Assembly (NCBI GenBank): GCA_963662315.1
Contig: OY759353.1
Span: 832,001 to 896,000 of the forward strand
Length of the DNA: 64,000 bases
Reading direction: 5' to 3'
Source: Geopsychrobacteraceae bacterium
Lineage (GTDB): Bacteria; Desulfobacterota; Desulfuromonadia; Desulfuromonadales; Geopsychrobacteraceae
The notes below the pieces were generated by a model, which was given only the letters and a program-made list of their open reading frames with translations, was not told where the DNA came from and ran no database searches. The position numbers and the translations under genes were made by a program. Shown here in pieces: positions 19,652-30,008 of the stretch (position 1 is its first letter; each line of letters begins with the position of its first letter).

Positions 19652-19797
19652 AAGTTTTCAGATTGGAAACGAGCAATTTTTCGTTGTGGCAAGGAAATCA
19701 AGGGGTTGCACGGAGGCGTAGTACTTTACGCCGCACACGAAAACCCGCAGATTGGCACCGCCACAACGGAAAAGGGCCGTTTCCGGATAAAAGCCAA
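19652..19797. repeat. Long imperfect palindromic element (REP/MITE-like)
   Basis: Nested arms GGAAAC/GTTTCC, TTTTCGTTGTGGC/GCCACAACGGAAAA, AATC/GATT, GGGTT/AACCC and GGCGTA/TACGCC. Confidence 0.65.
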
Positions 19798-20355
19798 TTA
19801 GAAAAAACCAGCGATCCCCGGCAAGGGCCCCTCTTTCAACATTTTAACAACGTGCCTAGCCAGCAGATCATATTTTGCAGCATAGACAGGCTCGACATGT
19901 TCATCTTCAGGAATCGCAGCAATCACATCCTTCAGGCTGCTCAACTCACGGTAAAAACCAAGTGTGGTATTGCCGGCTTTTTTCTTCATTTCAAGTTCAA
20001 ACAGGGCGTAATCAAGGGGGTACGGGATACTGTCAGTCGCCACCTGGCAATGTTCAAATGCCAGCTTTTTAAGCTCAGAATCGACTTTGGCCCAGCTCTT
20101 CAGGATTGTTTCCCGAGGGTTTTCAATATTCGAAGACAATTCACTTTTTAACAATACTGGATCATCCAGGATATGGTTTGCGCGCTGGATCACCTTTTCA
20201 AGTTCCGTATAAAACCTGCCGATCGTTGGTGCTGACAACTGCTTTTTTTTCTTAACCCGCTTTAGCACTAATGGAATTATAAATAGTGAAATAACAAGGA
20301 TAATAAGAGGCTTCGATATTTCAGAGGCAAGTCGAATGATTAAATCAGTATTCAC
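19798..20355 (-). CDS. Hypothetical protein with N-terminal membrane anchor
   Basis: 185-aa ORF; hydrophobic LIILVISLFIIPLVL followed by KRVKKKK. Confidence 0.6.
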   Translation of the reverse strand: MNTDLIIRLASEISKPLIILVISLFIIPLVLKRVKKKKQLSAPTIGRFYTELEKVIQRANHILDDPVLLKSELSSNIENPRETILKSWAKVDSELKKLAFEHCQVATDSIPYPLDYALFELEMKKKAGNTTLGFYRELSSLKDVIAAIPEDEHVEPVYAAKYDLLARHVVKMLKEGPLPGIAGFF

Positions 20356-20379
20356 GCATTTATCCAGTACTTCAACAGG

Positions 20380-21093
20380 TTAAAAGAGACTGAGCTGGTC
20401 GTCTGGATTAACCGGCTTGAGAACCGGTTCCACCTCTTTCTTTTGAACTTTTTTTCGCGCTCTTTCCAGCGGGTTAGATTTTTTCCTGACTGCTACCGAC
20501 GTGCCTGTAGTGCCAGTTTTTTCTGGTGGGGCTTCACCCTTTTGGGTATCTCTTAAAATCCGGTAGACTGAAGCGACCCCGATTTTCAGTTTGTCGGCAA
20601 CCTGCTGGCGCGTCATTCCCTTCTCAAGCAGTTTTATGACTCTGTCAGTTTTGGCCCTGGCTGTTGCTTTTCTGCCCTTAAACTTGCCGGCCAGCTTGGC
20701 TTTTTCGATCCCTTCTTTTTGTCGTTCAAGCAGAACAGAGCGCTCAAATTCAGCAATCGCCCGCAACATGGACAACATGAGCTGGCCATTCTCCGTGGCG
20801 GTATTCAGTTGAATTCCCAATATTTTCAGGCACACCCCTTTGCGGTTCAGATCCTGGGTCATTTCCAGAAAGTGCCTGGTATTACGGGCAAGCCGGTCTA
20901 TTTTCTGGACAACAATGGTATCTCCTGCCTTGACCGTTGCCATTAACCGGTCAAATTCAGGCCGTTCACCATCTATAGACATCAATGTCTCGGTAAAAAT
21001 TGTCTCTGCGCCTCCTGCCGTTAGCGCTTTTGTCTGCTCTGCCAGGTCCTGATTGCGCAGGCTGCCCAAAGCATAGCCTAAAATCGTACCCAT
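20380..21093 (-). CDS. Serine recombinase (resolvase/invertase family) with altered motif 1
   Basis: GDTIVVQKIDRLAR, IAEFER..ERQKEGI..AK..GKFKGRK and a C-terminal HTH; YALGS in place of YARVS. Confidence 0.88.
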   Translation of the reverse strand: MGTILGYALGSLRNQDLAEQTKALTAGGAETIFTETLMSIDGERPEFDRLMATVKAGDTIVVQKIDRLARNTRHFLEMTQDLNRKGVCLKILGIQLNTATENGQLMLSMLRAIAEFERSVLLERQKEGIEKAKLAGKFKGRKATARAKTDRVIKLLEKGMTRQQVADKLKIGVASVYRILRDTQKGEAPPEKTGTTGTSVAVRKKSNPLERARKKVQKKEVEPVLKPVNPDDQLSLF

Positions 21094-21114
21094 ATAATAT
21101 TTCTACCTCTTCGC

Positions 21115-21181
21115 ACTATCAAAATATCTAAAATTATCCGCAATCTTCTATCACATGTTGAAATTTAAGTCATTTGATAGT
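21115..21181. promoter_or_regulatory. Candidate res-like binding sites upstream of the recombinase
   Basis: ACTATCAAA (21115-21123) and TTTGATAGT (21173-21181) form an inverted repeat; an extra CTATCA lies at 21148; region is AT-rich. Confidence 0.45.
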
Positions 21182-21480
21182 TTCAGGTGGCACAGTGAGA
21201 TATTAAAAGCCTTGACGATTCATTCACGAGTATCATTACCATTAGCTGTAAAAGAGGCGTTCAACATCTTTTGCTTCATCATGTTGCTTCTTTTACGGTA
21301 AGGCAACCCCCTCCTTCGTTAAGCTTCTCGCCTAATAGGTAAGATCATTGTTCAGAGGTGGCATCCAGCTCCTTGCGACGTCTCTCACGTATTGACCCCG
21401 GCAGACCATTCTCACTAGCGCGGTATTTACATTTTGAACAGCTGGTCTCTAGCCTTAGACAGACCGGCAAACGGGTTTCA

Positions 21481-23394
21481 TTAATTGAATCGTTTAATCC
21501 CAAATAATTTCATCTTTCGCTTTAAAGTGGTTCTGTGGATTCCAAGTTGCTGCGCCGCCTGCCCCTGGTGGCCATCGTTCTGTTTTAAGGCCAGAATTAT
21601 CTGCTCACAGTCTGTCTGACTTCGCCCTTGGGTAGGGATAGGTTGGGAGCTGGCCTTCTCTGTTGAGATTTCAGAAATCAGCTGGAAGCGTACAAATTCT
21701 TCTGTGATCTTGGTATTGCGAGCCATGAGCGCCAGCCTCTCAATCACCCCGGAAAGCTCGCGGATATTGCCGGGCCAGTAATAGTCTTCAAGAATTTCGA
21801 TAATGCCGTCGGTCAGTGACAGGGCACTCGCATATTTCCGCCGATAAATTTCAGAAAAATACCGGGCTAAATAAGCGACATCGCCACTCCGTTCCCGTAG
21901 CGGAGGGATCTTAAGGGGGAGGATGTTAAGGCGATAGAAAAGATCTTTGCGAAACTCTCCTTTTTCAACCAGCTGGGGGAGATTCTGGTTAGACGCAGCG
22001 ATAACCCTGGCATTAACCGGAATATATTTATCGCCTCCGATGCGCATAGTGCATCGTTCCTGAAGTACCCTCAAGAGGCGAGTCTGGCCGTAATGATCCA
22101 TCTCCGATATCTCGTCCAGGAAAATTGTCCCATTGTTAGCCAACTCAAAAAGGCCCTGCTTGCCACTCCGCCGCGCACCGGTGAACGCACCTTCCTCATG
22201 ACCGAACAGCTCTGATTCCAGTAAAGAGGGGGGCAAAGAAGCGCAGTTGATCGCCACAAAGGGGCCTGGTCCGCAGGGGCTGGCTGTATGAATTGCCTGT
22301 GCAAACAGCTCCTTCCCGGTGCCGGTCTCTCCCATGAGGAGAATTGGACTGTCTGTGGCCGCAAAGGAGCGTGCCCAGGTTATGGTATTTTTAAGATTTG
22401 TTGAATTTCCACGAATATCATCGAAAGAATATTTACTTGTTAAACCACGGGCATGAAGGCTTTTCCGCAGTTTTGACTCCAGTTCGCTGATGACGGTCGC
22501 TGGTTGCAGGGTAAATATAAGGTCAGTTATGTGAGAACCTGCTTTGACAATTTCAGTACTCATGAGCAGCGGAATACCGTCCAGATCAAGCATTTCATCT
22601 TTAACGGGTTCGCTGAGATCAAGGCATTTGCTGGACAACTCGATCGGCAGGACATTGGCGGCCTGGGCATGAACAATATCTTTTTCGATCCGCAATAGTT
22701 TACGAACCGTAGCATTGGCGGCCTGGATATTGCCATTGGCATCGACAACGAGAATACCATTGGGAGATTGGTCGATAACCGTTTGGAGCCGACGCGTTCT
22801 GGCCTGTTCAAGCTTGCGTGCATAGGCGACATTCTGCGCTTCCAGAAATACTTCTTTCAGCGCGGCAGGACCTGAATCAAGAAAAACAGTAGGGAGCCCT
22901 TCCTCTTCAGCAAGCCTGGAAGAAATATGCCCGGCTACAACCACCTGAACGCCATCGCGCTTAGCCTGACTGATCTGCTTCCGTATCTGATCAAAGTCCT
23001 GCCTTACAGGGTAAGTACGTAGGTCGATATCAAGAACTTCAGCAAGACTGTCAATATCCCTGTTAACGGCGATAAATGCGAGCAAACCGATACGGGGACG
23101 GTCAATTTTAGTGGATTTCTTCGCTTCGTGAAGAACTGTGACCAGATCCTGTCCGGTTACAGGTATATTGAGAACGGGGGTTTTTACCGCACTTTTTACA
23201 AAATCAGTATTGATTCCACGTGTAATGATAACATCAACCCCCTGCTCTTCCAGCTCTCTGGCATTTTCACGTGAAATTTCCCCAACACCATATTTGATGA
23301 TCAGGTTGTTGCGCAGTCCCAGATCGTCAGCGATGGCGAGAGCTCTCTCTCCAATTCTTTGATTCGGTGGAATCAGGCCAATGAGTAGATCCAT
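21481..23394 (-). CDS. Sigma-54-dependent activator, PrpR-like (PrpR_N-PAS-AAA-Fis HTH)
   Basis: DVIITRG (PrpR_N), [31 protein letters not shown] and a Fis-type HTH. Confidence 0.92.
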   Translation of the reverse strand: MDLLIGLIPPNQRIGERALAIADDLGLRNNLIIKYGVGEISRENARELEEQGVDVIITRGINTDFVKSAVKTPVLNIPVTGQDLVTVLHEAKKSTKIDRPRIGLLAFIAVNRDIDSLAEVLDIDLRTYPVRQDFDQIRKQISQAKRDGVQVVVAGHISSRLAEEEGLPTVFLDSGPAALKEVFLEAQNVAYARKLEQARTRRLQTVIDQSPNGILVVDANGNIQAANATVRKLLRIEKDIVHAQAANVLPIELSSKCLDLSEPVKDEMLDLDGIPLLMSTEIVKAGSHITDLIFTLQPATVISELESKLRKSLHARGLTSKYSFDDIRGNSTNLKNTITWARSFAATDSPILLMGETGTGKELFAQAIHTASPCGPGPFVAINCASLPPSLLESELFGHEEGAFTGARRSGKQGLFELANNGTIFLDEISEMDHYGQTRLLRVLQERCTMRIGGDKYIPVNARVIAASNQNLPQLVEKGEFRKDLFYRLNILPLKIPPLRERSGDVAYLARYFSEIYRRKYASALSLTDGIIEILEDYYWPGNIRELSGVIERLALMARNTKITEEFVRFQLISEISTEKASSQPIPTQGRSQTDCEQIILALKQNDGHQGQAAQQLGIHRTTLKRKMKLFGIKRFN

Positions 23395-23506
23395 TGAAAT
23401 TCTCCAGTGCTACAAATTATGCAAAATGATCGCTTTAGAGCGAACAATACATCATTTGATGCATTTCCAGTTAGTTAAAAACCACGATTTACGGGCTTTT
23501 TCATTT

Positions 23507-23522
23507 TGGCAAGGTTGTTGCT
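23507..23522 (+). promoter_or_regulatory. Sigma-54 (-24/-12) promoter
   Basis: TGGCAAGGTTGTTGCT has GG-N10-GC spacing; divergent from the sigma-54 activator, upstream of the LarA-like gene. Confidence 0.8.
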
Positions 23523-23605
23523 GTTTTAATAACCATAACGTCTAGGCAACCAAGACGGTTTTGTTGTTTGTACAAATCCATACATACAAAGATGACGAGG
23601 GACAG

Positions 23606-24904
23606 ATGTCAATAATTCCAAATTTGATTAACGATACAGCTATCCCAGACTTCATTCCGGCCTGGCAGTCTTTTAGTGACAACAGCATCGATGATATCCC
23701 GGCAGCGGTAGTCTCGGCATTGAATCAGTCGGGGCTGGTAGACAACGTGCCGGTTTTTAAGGAAGTTGCCATCGGAGTTGGCTCCCGCGGCGTTGCCAAC
23801 CTGCCGGCACTGGTCGCTTCAACAGTGACCTGGTTTCGCAGTAATGGCTGCAGACCCTTTGTAATCCCCTGCATGGGCAGCCACGGAGGAGCAACCGGGC
23901 CGGGACAGATTAAGGTGCTGGCGGATCTGGGTGTAACAGAGGAGACTGTCGGCTGCGAAATCCGGGCGTCAATGGATGTTATTGAGGTCGGACGCCTTGA
24001 TAATGGATTGCCGGTTTATATGGACCGCATCGCCTGGGAGGCTGATGGCGTATTTATTATCAACCGGATAAAAACCCATACCTCCTTTTCCGGTGTTCAT
24101 GAAAGCGGGCTGGTCAAGATGCTGACAATCGGACTGGGCAAGCAAAAAGGGGCAGATACAGCGCATAGCAGGGGTTTTTTTGATTTTCCGGTAATCATGC
24201 CGGCGATGGCAACAATGCTGCTTGAAAGCAAACCGACTATTCTCGGCGGGCTTGGCGTGGTTGAAAATGCATTGGAGAAAACCTGCCTGATTGAAGCTAT
24301 TCCGGCAAACAACCTTATTACTCGGGATGCCGAGCTACTCGCCTACTCGAAAACACTTCTCCCCTCCCTTCCCCTTGAGAAAATCGATCTGTTGATCATC
24401 GATCAAATGGGAAAAAATATTTCCGGCGCGGGGATGGATCCCAATATTACCGGACGACACCTGTCCCCCGCCAAAAGCGGTGGTCCAACCGTTACGCGAT
24501 TGGTAACTCTTGGATTGACCGAGGAGAGCATGGGGAACGCTACAGGAATGGGAAATGCGGACATTATCCCGCGCAGCATGGCCAATGCGATTAATTTTGA
24601 CTACACCTACGCCAATGTCATTACCAGCACAAGTCTGGGTTTTGTGAGAATGCCGATGGTTCTGGAGACAGATGAAGCCGTGTTGCGCTGCGGAGTCAAA
24701 ACCTGCTCGACCGCTATTGATAAAATCCGTGCCATCCGGATCAAAGACACTCTTCATCTCGACAAGCTTCTTCTCTCACCGGCGGCAGCAGAAGCATTGT
24801 CAGGTCACGACAATATACATCTGGCCGGGGCTCCGCGCCCGCTGGAATTTTCCAAGGACAAGTTCCTGGACCGTACAATCTGGGAAAAAGCCTTCGTTAA
24901 ATAA
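23606..24904 (+). CDS. Lactate racemase (LarA/DUF2088) domain protein
   Basis: GSRG, PCMGSHGGAT, INRIKTHTSF, ESGLVKMLTIGLGK and GKNISGAGMD; start moved to ATG 23606 behind GAGGG. Confidence 0.72.
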   Translation: MSIIPNLINDTAIPDFIPAWQSFSDNSIDDIPAAVVSALNQSGLVDNVPVFKEVAIGVGSRGVANLPALVASTVTWFRSNGCRPFVIPCMGSHGGATGPGQIKVLADLGVTEETVGCEIRASMDVIEVGRLDNGLPVYMDRIAWEADGVFIINRIKTHTSFSGVHESGLVKMLTIGLGKQKGADTAHSRGFFDFPVIMPAMATMLLESKPTILGGLGVVENALEKTCLIEAIPANNLITRDAELLAYSKTLLPSLPLEKIDLLIIDQMGKNISGAGMDPNITGRHLSPAKSGGPTVTRLVTLGLTEESMGNATGMGNADIIPRSMANAINFDYTYANVITSTSLGFVRMPMVLETDEAVLRCGVKTCSTAIDKIRAIRIKDTLHLDKLLLSPAAAEALSGHDNIHLAGAPRPLEFSKDKFLDRTIWEKAFVK

Positions 24905-24972
24905 ATAGTCAGACAAGCAATTGTCTGAGTTTATAGCTCATCATTTTTGATATGACACACCAAGGAGACATC

Positions 24973-26034
24973 ATGCACTACGACATTATCCACTTTGAAG
25001 CACTCGGAATGGAATCTCAACACCTGGAAAATGAAATCCAGGCAGCAATAAAAAACGGACAGCTTCCGGCTCAACATTCCTACCTTGTGACTTCTGATCG
25101 CGTTCAGGATTATCTCGCCACCCCAGGTACCACACTACCTGACATTATCACTGTTAAAGCGCATTCTAAAGTTCCCGCGTCTTATCTTCAAGGAACAAGG
25201 AAAAATGTGATTTTCCGTGGCGCTGGATACGATTCAGTCGAATACCTGGCGCCGGATGTGAATCTGACGTCTTTGCGAGAGTATTGCATTAACGCTGTTG
25301 CCCAGACAGCCATCAAGTTTCTTTACGCAACAGCCGGATACCTGAACTGTTACACAGAGGCGATCAAAACCTTCAACCGGCAAACAGTTCCTTCCTTTGT
25401 CGAGCTGTGCCCTCAGCTCACGGCAACGGTATTTGGTGTTGGCCGAATCGGAAAACGCATCTACGAACTGCTTGAGAGCAATGGATTGACAGTGCAGGCC
25501 GTTGATATCCGGGAACAAGAGTTGTCTGAGCACTATGGCAATAGTGTGAAATTTGTTAGCGCAAAAGAAGCAATGCAGACCAGTGATATTATTGTCAGCG
25601 GTATGAGTCTCAGCAAAGATCGCTCTCACCCGTTTTATAACGTGGGCTATTTCTCGGAAGAGCTTTTTTCAATCGCTACAAAAAAATTGATCTTTATTAA
25701 TGTTACTCGTGGAGACATCGCTTCTGAGTCACTTCTGCTTGATCTTTACAAGAAGGGACAAATTATTGGTCTTGGATTGGACGCTTTTGGCGACGAAGGT
25801 GGCTTTGCAGATTTTATTAAAGGCAACATAGCTACTCAAAATACCAATCATCTCGCGGCAAAAGAACTCGTCGAAATGAGCCTGAAGCGAACCGCTAATA
25901 TCTATGTTCAGCCTCATCAGGGTTTCAATGGCGATGTCGCGGCTGCTGCCAAAGCGTTTGAAACCATAAAACATGTCATCTATTGGTATGCCCATGGAAA
26001 ACAGGGATTTGCTGAGCAAATCCCCTATTATTGA
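24973..26034 (+). CDS. D-isomer-specific 2-hydroxyacid dehydrogenase family protein, divergent
   Basis: RGAGYD, FGVGRIG, INVTRG, GLDAF and QPH; start ATG 24973 behind AAGGAG. Confidence 0.78.
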   Translation: MHYDIIHFEALGMESQHLENEIQAAIKNGQLPAQHSYLVTSDRVQDYLATPGTTLPDIITVKAHSKVPASYLQGTRKNVIFRGAGYDSVEYLAPDVNLTSLREYCINAVAQTAIKFLYATAGYLNCYTEAIKTFNRQTVPSFVELCPQLTATVFGVGRIGKRIYELLESNGLTVQAVDIREQELSEHYGNSVKFVSAKEAMQTSDIIVSGMSLSKDRSHPFYNVGYFSEELFSIATKKLIFINVTRGDIASESLLLDLYKKGQIIGLGLDAFGDEGGFADFIKGNIATQNTNHLAAKELVEMSLKRTANIYVQPHQGFNGDVAAAAKAFETIKHVIYWYAHGKQGFAEQIPYY

Positions 26035-26130
26035 GCACTGTTTGCGTTAGCTGAATACGGCCTAAGACCGACATCAGGTGCAAGCAGAACATAGCCAATA
26101 TTTATAAATCAATAGAGAACGGAATGAGCA

Positions 26131-26811
26131 ATGGCAAACCCAGGCTTAAGAGTTAAAAAAAATATCCTCCGCCCTGACCGGTCACTGGTTGAATCGTTTA
26201 GCACGATTCCGGTCGCCAACATTGGTGACAGCATGAATCGAGTGAATTGCATGAACGCGCGTATCAGACCAATGAATGCCGCACCACTGATTGGCTGCGC
26301 TCTGACGGTTAAAGTTCGCACCGGTGACAACTTGCTGATGCACAAGGCTATCGATCTGGCTCAACCTGGCGACATCGTCGTTGTTGATGCTCAAGGTGAA
26401 CAGTCATATGCCATCACTGGCGAGCTGATGATTTCATGGATGCGCAGACGCGGGGTCTCGGGACTGGTTGTCGATGGCTGCATAAGAGATCTCGATTACG
26501 TCAGAAGCCTGGTCGACTTTCCGGTATTCGCCATCGGGGTAACCCCCAACGGTCCTCTTAAAGAAGGAGGAGGCGAAGTTAATTTCCCGATTATGTGCGG
26601 TGGCCTGGTTATTAACCCCGGCGATATCCTGGTTGGCGATGCCGATGGGATTGTCGTGATCAATCCAGCGGACGCTCCTGTTGTTTTAGAAAAGTCCCAA
26701 GCCAAAAATGATGCTGAGGTCCAAGAGAAAGCAGCGATTGAAAACCTGACCTGGAATCGCGAGTGGGTGGATGAAACACTGACAAGGAAGGGTTGCGAGT
26801 TCATTGATTAA
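26131..26811 (+). CDS. RraA family / HMG-CHA aldolase-like protein
   Basis: ANIGDSM, GDNLLMHKAIDLAQPGDIVVVD, DGCIRD and PGDILVGDADG. Confidence 0.88.
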   Translation: MANPGLRVKKNILRPDRSLVESFSTIPVANIGDSMNRVNCMNARIRPMNAAPLIGCALTVKVRTGDNLLMHKAIDLAQPGDIVVVDAQGEQSYAITGELMISWMRRRGVSGLVVDGCIRDLDYVRSLVDFPVFAIGVTPNGPLKEGGGEVNFPIMCGGLVINPGDILVGDADGIVVINPADAPVVLEKSQAKNDAEVQEKAAIENLTWNREWVDETLTRKGCEFID

Positions 26812-26903
26812 ATATCTGTCAATTCGGTTTTTTTTATTAATCGAGCTTCCCTGACAGAAACTCAAGCTGAATCAAATATCGATAATCATAAAAGGAAAAG
26901 AGC

Positions 26904-27356
26904 ATGAAACAATACGTACAGGACAGAAGAATCGTGACAGTTGGGCTCGTCATGGTCCTGCTGGGCTTTCAGGTCTGCAGCAAATTTCCGGAGGACAGTG
27001 CTTTGTTCCCCGAGGTCTGCCTATTCGCGGTCGGAGCATTGTTGGTGCTGTTAGCCATTGCCAACGAGGTTTCACGACGCAAGATTGTTGCTGCCGGGAA
27101 CGTGCCGGCAGATACCATTGAAATGAAATGGGGCCCTTTCCTTCTCGTTACAGTTGTCCTCGGCGTTTACGGCTTTAGCGTCAAATTCCTTGGGTTTTAC
27201 CTGGCAAGTGCGCTTTTTGTGCTGATTGTCGGCTTTAGCTGGGGTGGTGTAAAAAAGCCGACCATCGTTTTGTTCACGGTCTGCTTCCTGATCTTTCTAT
27301 ACACCTGCTTCACTCTTCTCTTCAATGTCCCGTTACCCTCAGGAATTGCGAGGTAA
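26904..27356 (+). CDS. tctB: Tripartite tricarboxylate transporter TctB
   Basis: About 4 TM segments; C-terminal FNVPLPSG; precedes tctA. Confidence 0.82.
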   Translation: MKQYVQDRRIVTVGLVMVLLGFQVCSKFPEDSALFPEVCLFAVGALLVLLAIANEVSRRKIVAAGNVPADTIEMKWGPFLLVTVVLGVYGFSVKFLGFYLASALFVLIVGFSWGGVKKPTIVLFTVCFLIFLYTCFTLLFNVPLPSGIAR

Positions 27357-27359
27357 TTC

Positions 27360-28880
27360 ATGTTAGACGCATTATTGACAGCATTGCCCGGTGTATTTCA
27401 CTGGTCTTCGATCATCGCCATGGTTGGTGCAACGTGTGCCGGTATCATTGTTGGTGCCATGCCCGGTCTTTCTGCAACAATGGGCGTTGCCTTGCTGATC
27501 CCATTTACTTTCGGCATGCATCCCCTGACCGCTCTGGTGGCTATGGCCGGTATGTATAACGGTGCTATTTACGGTGGATCCATTGCCGCTATTCTGCTCA
27601 ACATTCCGGGCACCCCGGCCGCGGTCTGTACCACATTGGACGGGCATCCCATGGTCAAAAAAGGCCAGGGGGTTCTTGCCCTGCAGACATCAGTTATATC
27701 TTCTGCCTTCGGTGGCGCGGTCAGCGCTCTGGCTCTGATGTTTGTTGCTCCTTATCTTGCCGCCCTGGCGCTTAAGTTTGGTCCTGCCGAATATTTCTGG
27801 ATCGCTGTTCTGGGCTTGTCGACCATTGCCAGTTTTATCAGCGGTTCAACGATCAAAGGACTGATCAGCGGCTTTCTTGGGTTGCTGGTCAGCACCATAG
27901 GTATGGATGCCATTACCGGCGTTCAACGCTTTGATTTTGGCAGTACCTACCTGCTCGACCGGATACCGATTCTGGTTGCCCTTATTGGTCTATTCTCAAT
28001 TCCTGAAGTGTTCATGATTCTTGAAACAAGTGGAAGGAATCAAAAGAAAATTGATATCAGCCTGAAAGAATCAAAGGGGTGGGACTGGGTTAAAGATACA
28101 GCTCAATCCTGGGTGATCTGGATCCGCTCATCAATTCTGGGAGTTATTGTCGGTATGCTTCCTGGTGCTGGTGCCAACATCGCAGCCTTTATCGCCTATA
28201 ACGATGCTCGCAACCGTTCAAAAACACCTGAGCAATTTGGGCATGGCTGCATTGAAGGGGTCAAAGCGTCAGAGACGGCCAACAATGCTGTTACGGCTAG
28301 CTCCTTGGCCCCCATGCTGACCTTTGGCGTCCCCGGTAACGCGGTTGCAGCAGTTATGATCGGTGGCTTGATGATTCATGGTCTGCAACCCGGTCCGAAT
28401 CTGTTTATCAAAAACCCCGATGTTGTTTACGGACTTATGTGGGCTATGTTTCTCACCAACTTCATCATGCTGTTTTTTGGCCTGATCGGGTCGCGTTTTT
28501 TCGCCCAGTGCTTACGCATTCCTCCAACCTTGATGGCTGCTGCTATTGCTGTCCTCAGCGTAGTCGGGACTTACAGCATCAATAATTCCATGGGTGATGT
28601 CTATGCCATGCTGATCTGTGGTTTTGTCGGTATCGTCATGCTGCGACTCAGAATTCCAACCGCACCTGCTGTTCTCGGACTCATCCTTGGAGGTATGGCC
28701 GAAACAGAATTGCGCCGCGCGTTGCTGTTAGCCGATTCCCCTATTGAGCTGTTTACGCGCCCGCTGTCTGCAGTCATGGTCGTTTTGACAATATTCAGTT
28801 TGCTTGTTCCAGTTTATAAGAGTTTTCGCAGACATAAAACCGGCGAAGTTTCAAGCGAATTGGCCAGTGGTGACTTTTAA
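27360..28880 (+). CDS. tctA: Tripartite tricarboxylate transporter TctA
   Basis: GAMPGLSATM, YGGSIAAILLNIPGTP, ETANNA and GLQPGP. Confidence 0.92.
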   Translation: MLDALLTALPGVFHWSSIIAMVGATCAGIIVGAMPGLSATMGVALLIPFTFGMHPLTALVAMAGMYNGAIYGGSIAAILLNIPGTPAAVCTTLDGHPMVKKGQGVLALQTSVISSAFGGAVSALALMFVAPYLAALALKFGPAEYFWIAVLGLSTIASFISGSTIKGLISGFLGLLVSTIGMDAITGVQRFDFGSTYLLDRIPILVALIGLFSIPEVFMILETSGRNQKKIDISLKESKGWDWVKDTAQSWVIWIRSSILGVIVGMLPGAGANIAAFIAYNDARNRSKTPEQFGHGCIEGVKASETANNAVTASSLAPMLTFGVPGNAVAAVMIGGLMIHGLQPGPNLFIKNPDVVYGLMWAMFLTNFIMLFFGLIGSRFFAQCLRIPPTLMAAAIAVLSVVGTYSINNSMGDVYAMLICGFVGIVMLRLRIPTAPAVLGLILGGMAETELRRALLLADSPIELFTRPLSAVMVVLTIFSLLVPVYKSFRRHKTGEVSSELASGDF

Positions 28881-28973
28881 CAGAACTTAAAATCACAAGG
28901 AGGTGATTAGACGAACATAAAAGGAACGGCCGGGTTATCTAACTTTTAACAATCAATCATAAGGAGCATCGCG

Positions 28974-29951
28974 ATGAAAAAATTAGCAAGTCTGTCTTTG
29001 ATGTTACTACTGGCGACGATTCTGTCCGTCAACGTATCCACCCAGGCCGAAGCTGCTTGGCCGAGCGACAAAGCCATTACCATGATCGTGGCTTACTCCC
29101 CGGGTGGTTCCACGGATGTCGCTGCACGCCTGGCCGCTGTCTATATCGAAAAATATCTTGGGCAGTCAGTGGTTGTTTTGAATAAGCCCGGAGCCGGAGG
29201 AGAAGTTGGTTTTACCGCCCTGGCTGAGACAGAAGCAGATGGCTATACCGTCGGCTTTATCAATACTCCAAATGTACTGACCATTCCGATGCAACGGCAA
29301 ACCCGCTATTCTTTGGAGTCATTTATTCCGGTTGCGCAACTGATGGACGACCCGGATTCACTGTATGTCCCCAAAGACAGCCCGCTTAATACCATGAAAG
29401 ATCTGGTTGAGTATGCTAAAGCCAACCCCGGAAAAGTCAAATATGGTACCAGCGGTATCGGTTCCGATGATCATATCGCCGGAGAATTGCTGAGTGGGAT
29501 CGCTGGAATCAAACTGAAGCACATCCCCTTCGCCGGTGCCAGCGCCAACCGCACCGCCCTGCTCGGCAGTCACGTTACGGTTGGAGTTTTCAATATCAGC
29601 GAAGGCAAAGAATATGTCACGACCGGGCAGGTTAAAATTCTGGGACAGATGTCAGAACAGCGGACCGAACTTTTCCCGGATGTCCCGACTCTGAAAGAGC
29701 AAGGCTTTGATATCACGATGGCATCGACCAGAGGGATCGCCATGCCGGCAGGGACACCTGATGATATCGTTAAAAAATTCGCAGAAGCGACGGAAAAGGC
29801 AATTAATGACCCAGAATTTCAAAAGAAGTGTGCCGAATCGAGCTTGCCACTCAGATATCTCGGTCCTCAAGACTATCTGAAATCACTTCAGGCTAACCGG
29901 ACCCAATTCAAAAACCTTTGGGATACCAATCCCTGGGTAAAGCAGAAGTAA
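28974..29951 (+). CDS. tctC: Tripartite tricarboxylate transporter substrate-binding protein (TctC/Bug)
   Basis: Signal peptide; PGGSTD, NKPGAGG and PDVPTLKEQG. Confidence 0.92.
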   Translation: MKKLASLSLMLLLATILSVNVSTQAEAAWPSDKAITMIVAYSPGGSTDVAARLAAVYIEKYLGQSVVVLNKPGAGGEVGFTALAETEADGYTVGFINTPNVLTIPMQRQTRYSLESFIPVAQLMDDPDSLYVPKDSPLNTMKDLVEYAKANPGKVKYGTSGIGSDDHIAGELLSGIAGIKLKHIPFAGASANRTALLGSHVTVGVFNISEGKEYVTTGQVKILGQMSEQRTELFPDVPTLKEQGFDITMASTRGIAMPAGTPDDIVKKFAEATEKAINDPEFQKKCAESSLPLRYLGPQDYLKSLQANRTQFKNLWDTNPWVKQK

Positions 29952-29963
29952 AACCACTCAGTT

Positions 29964-29992
29964 TCCGGGCCCATCTTTGTGATGGGTCCGGA
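29964..29992. terminator. Hairpin between the convergent tctC and AEC genes
   Basis: TCCGGGCCCATC / GATGGGTCCGGA 12-bp stem with one G-U pair. Confidence 0.65.
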
Positions 29993-30008
29993 TTATTGAA
30001 TAAACAGA

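Noticed and set aside
19663..20151. 162-aa plus-strand ORF
   Set aside because: Starts inside the palindromic element and runs antisense to the 19798-20355 gene
21250..21470. Riboswitch or sRNA between the recombinase and the sigma-54 activator
   Set aside because: Only a modest hairpin (about 21441-21468); no recognisable aptamer consensus
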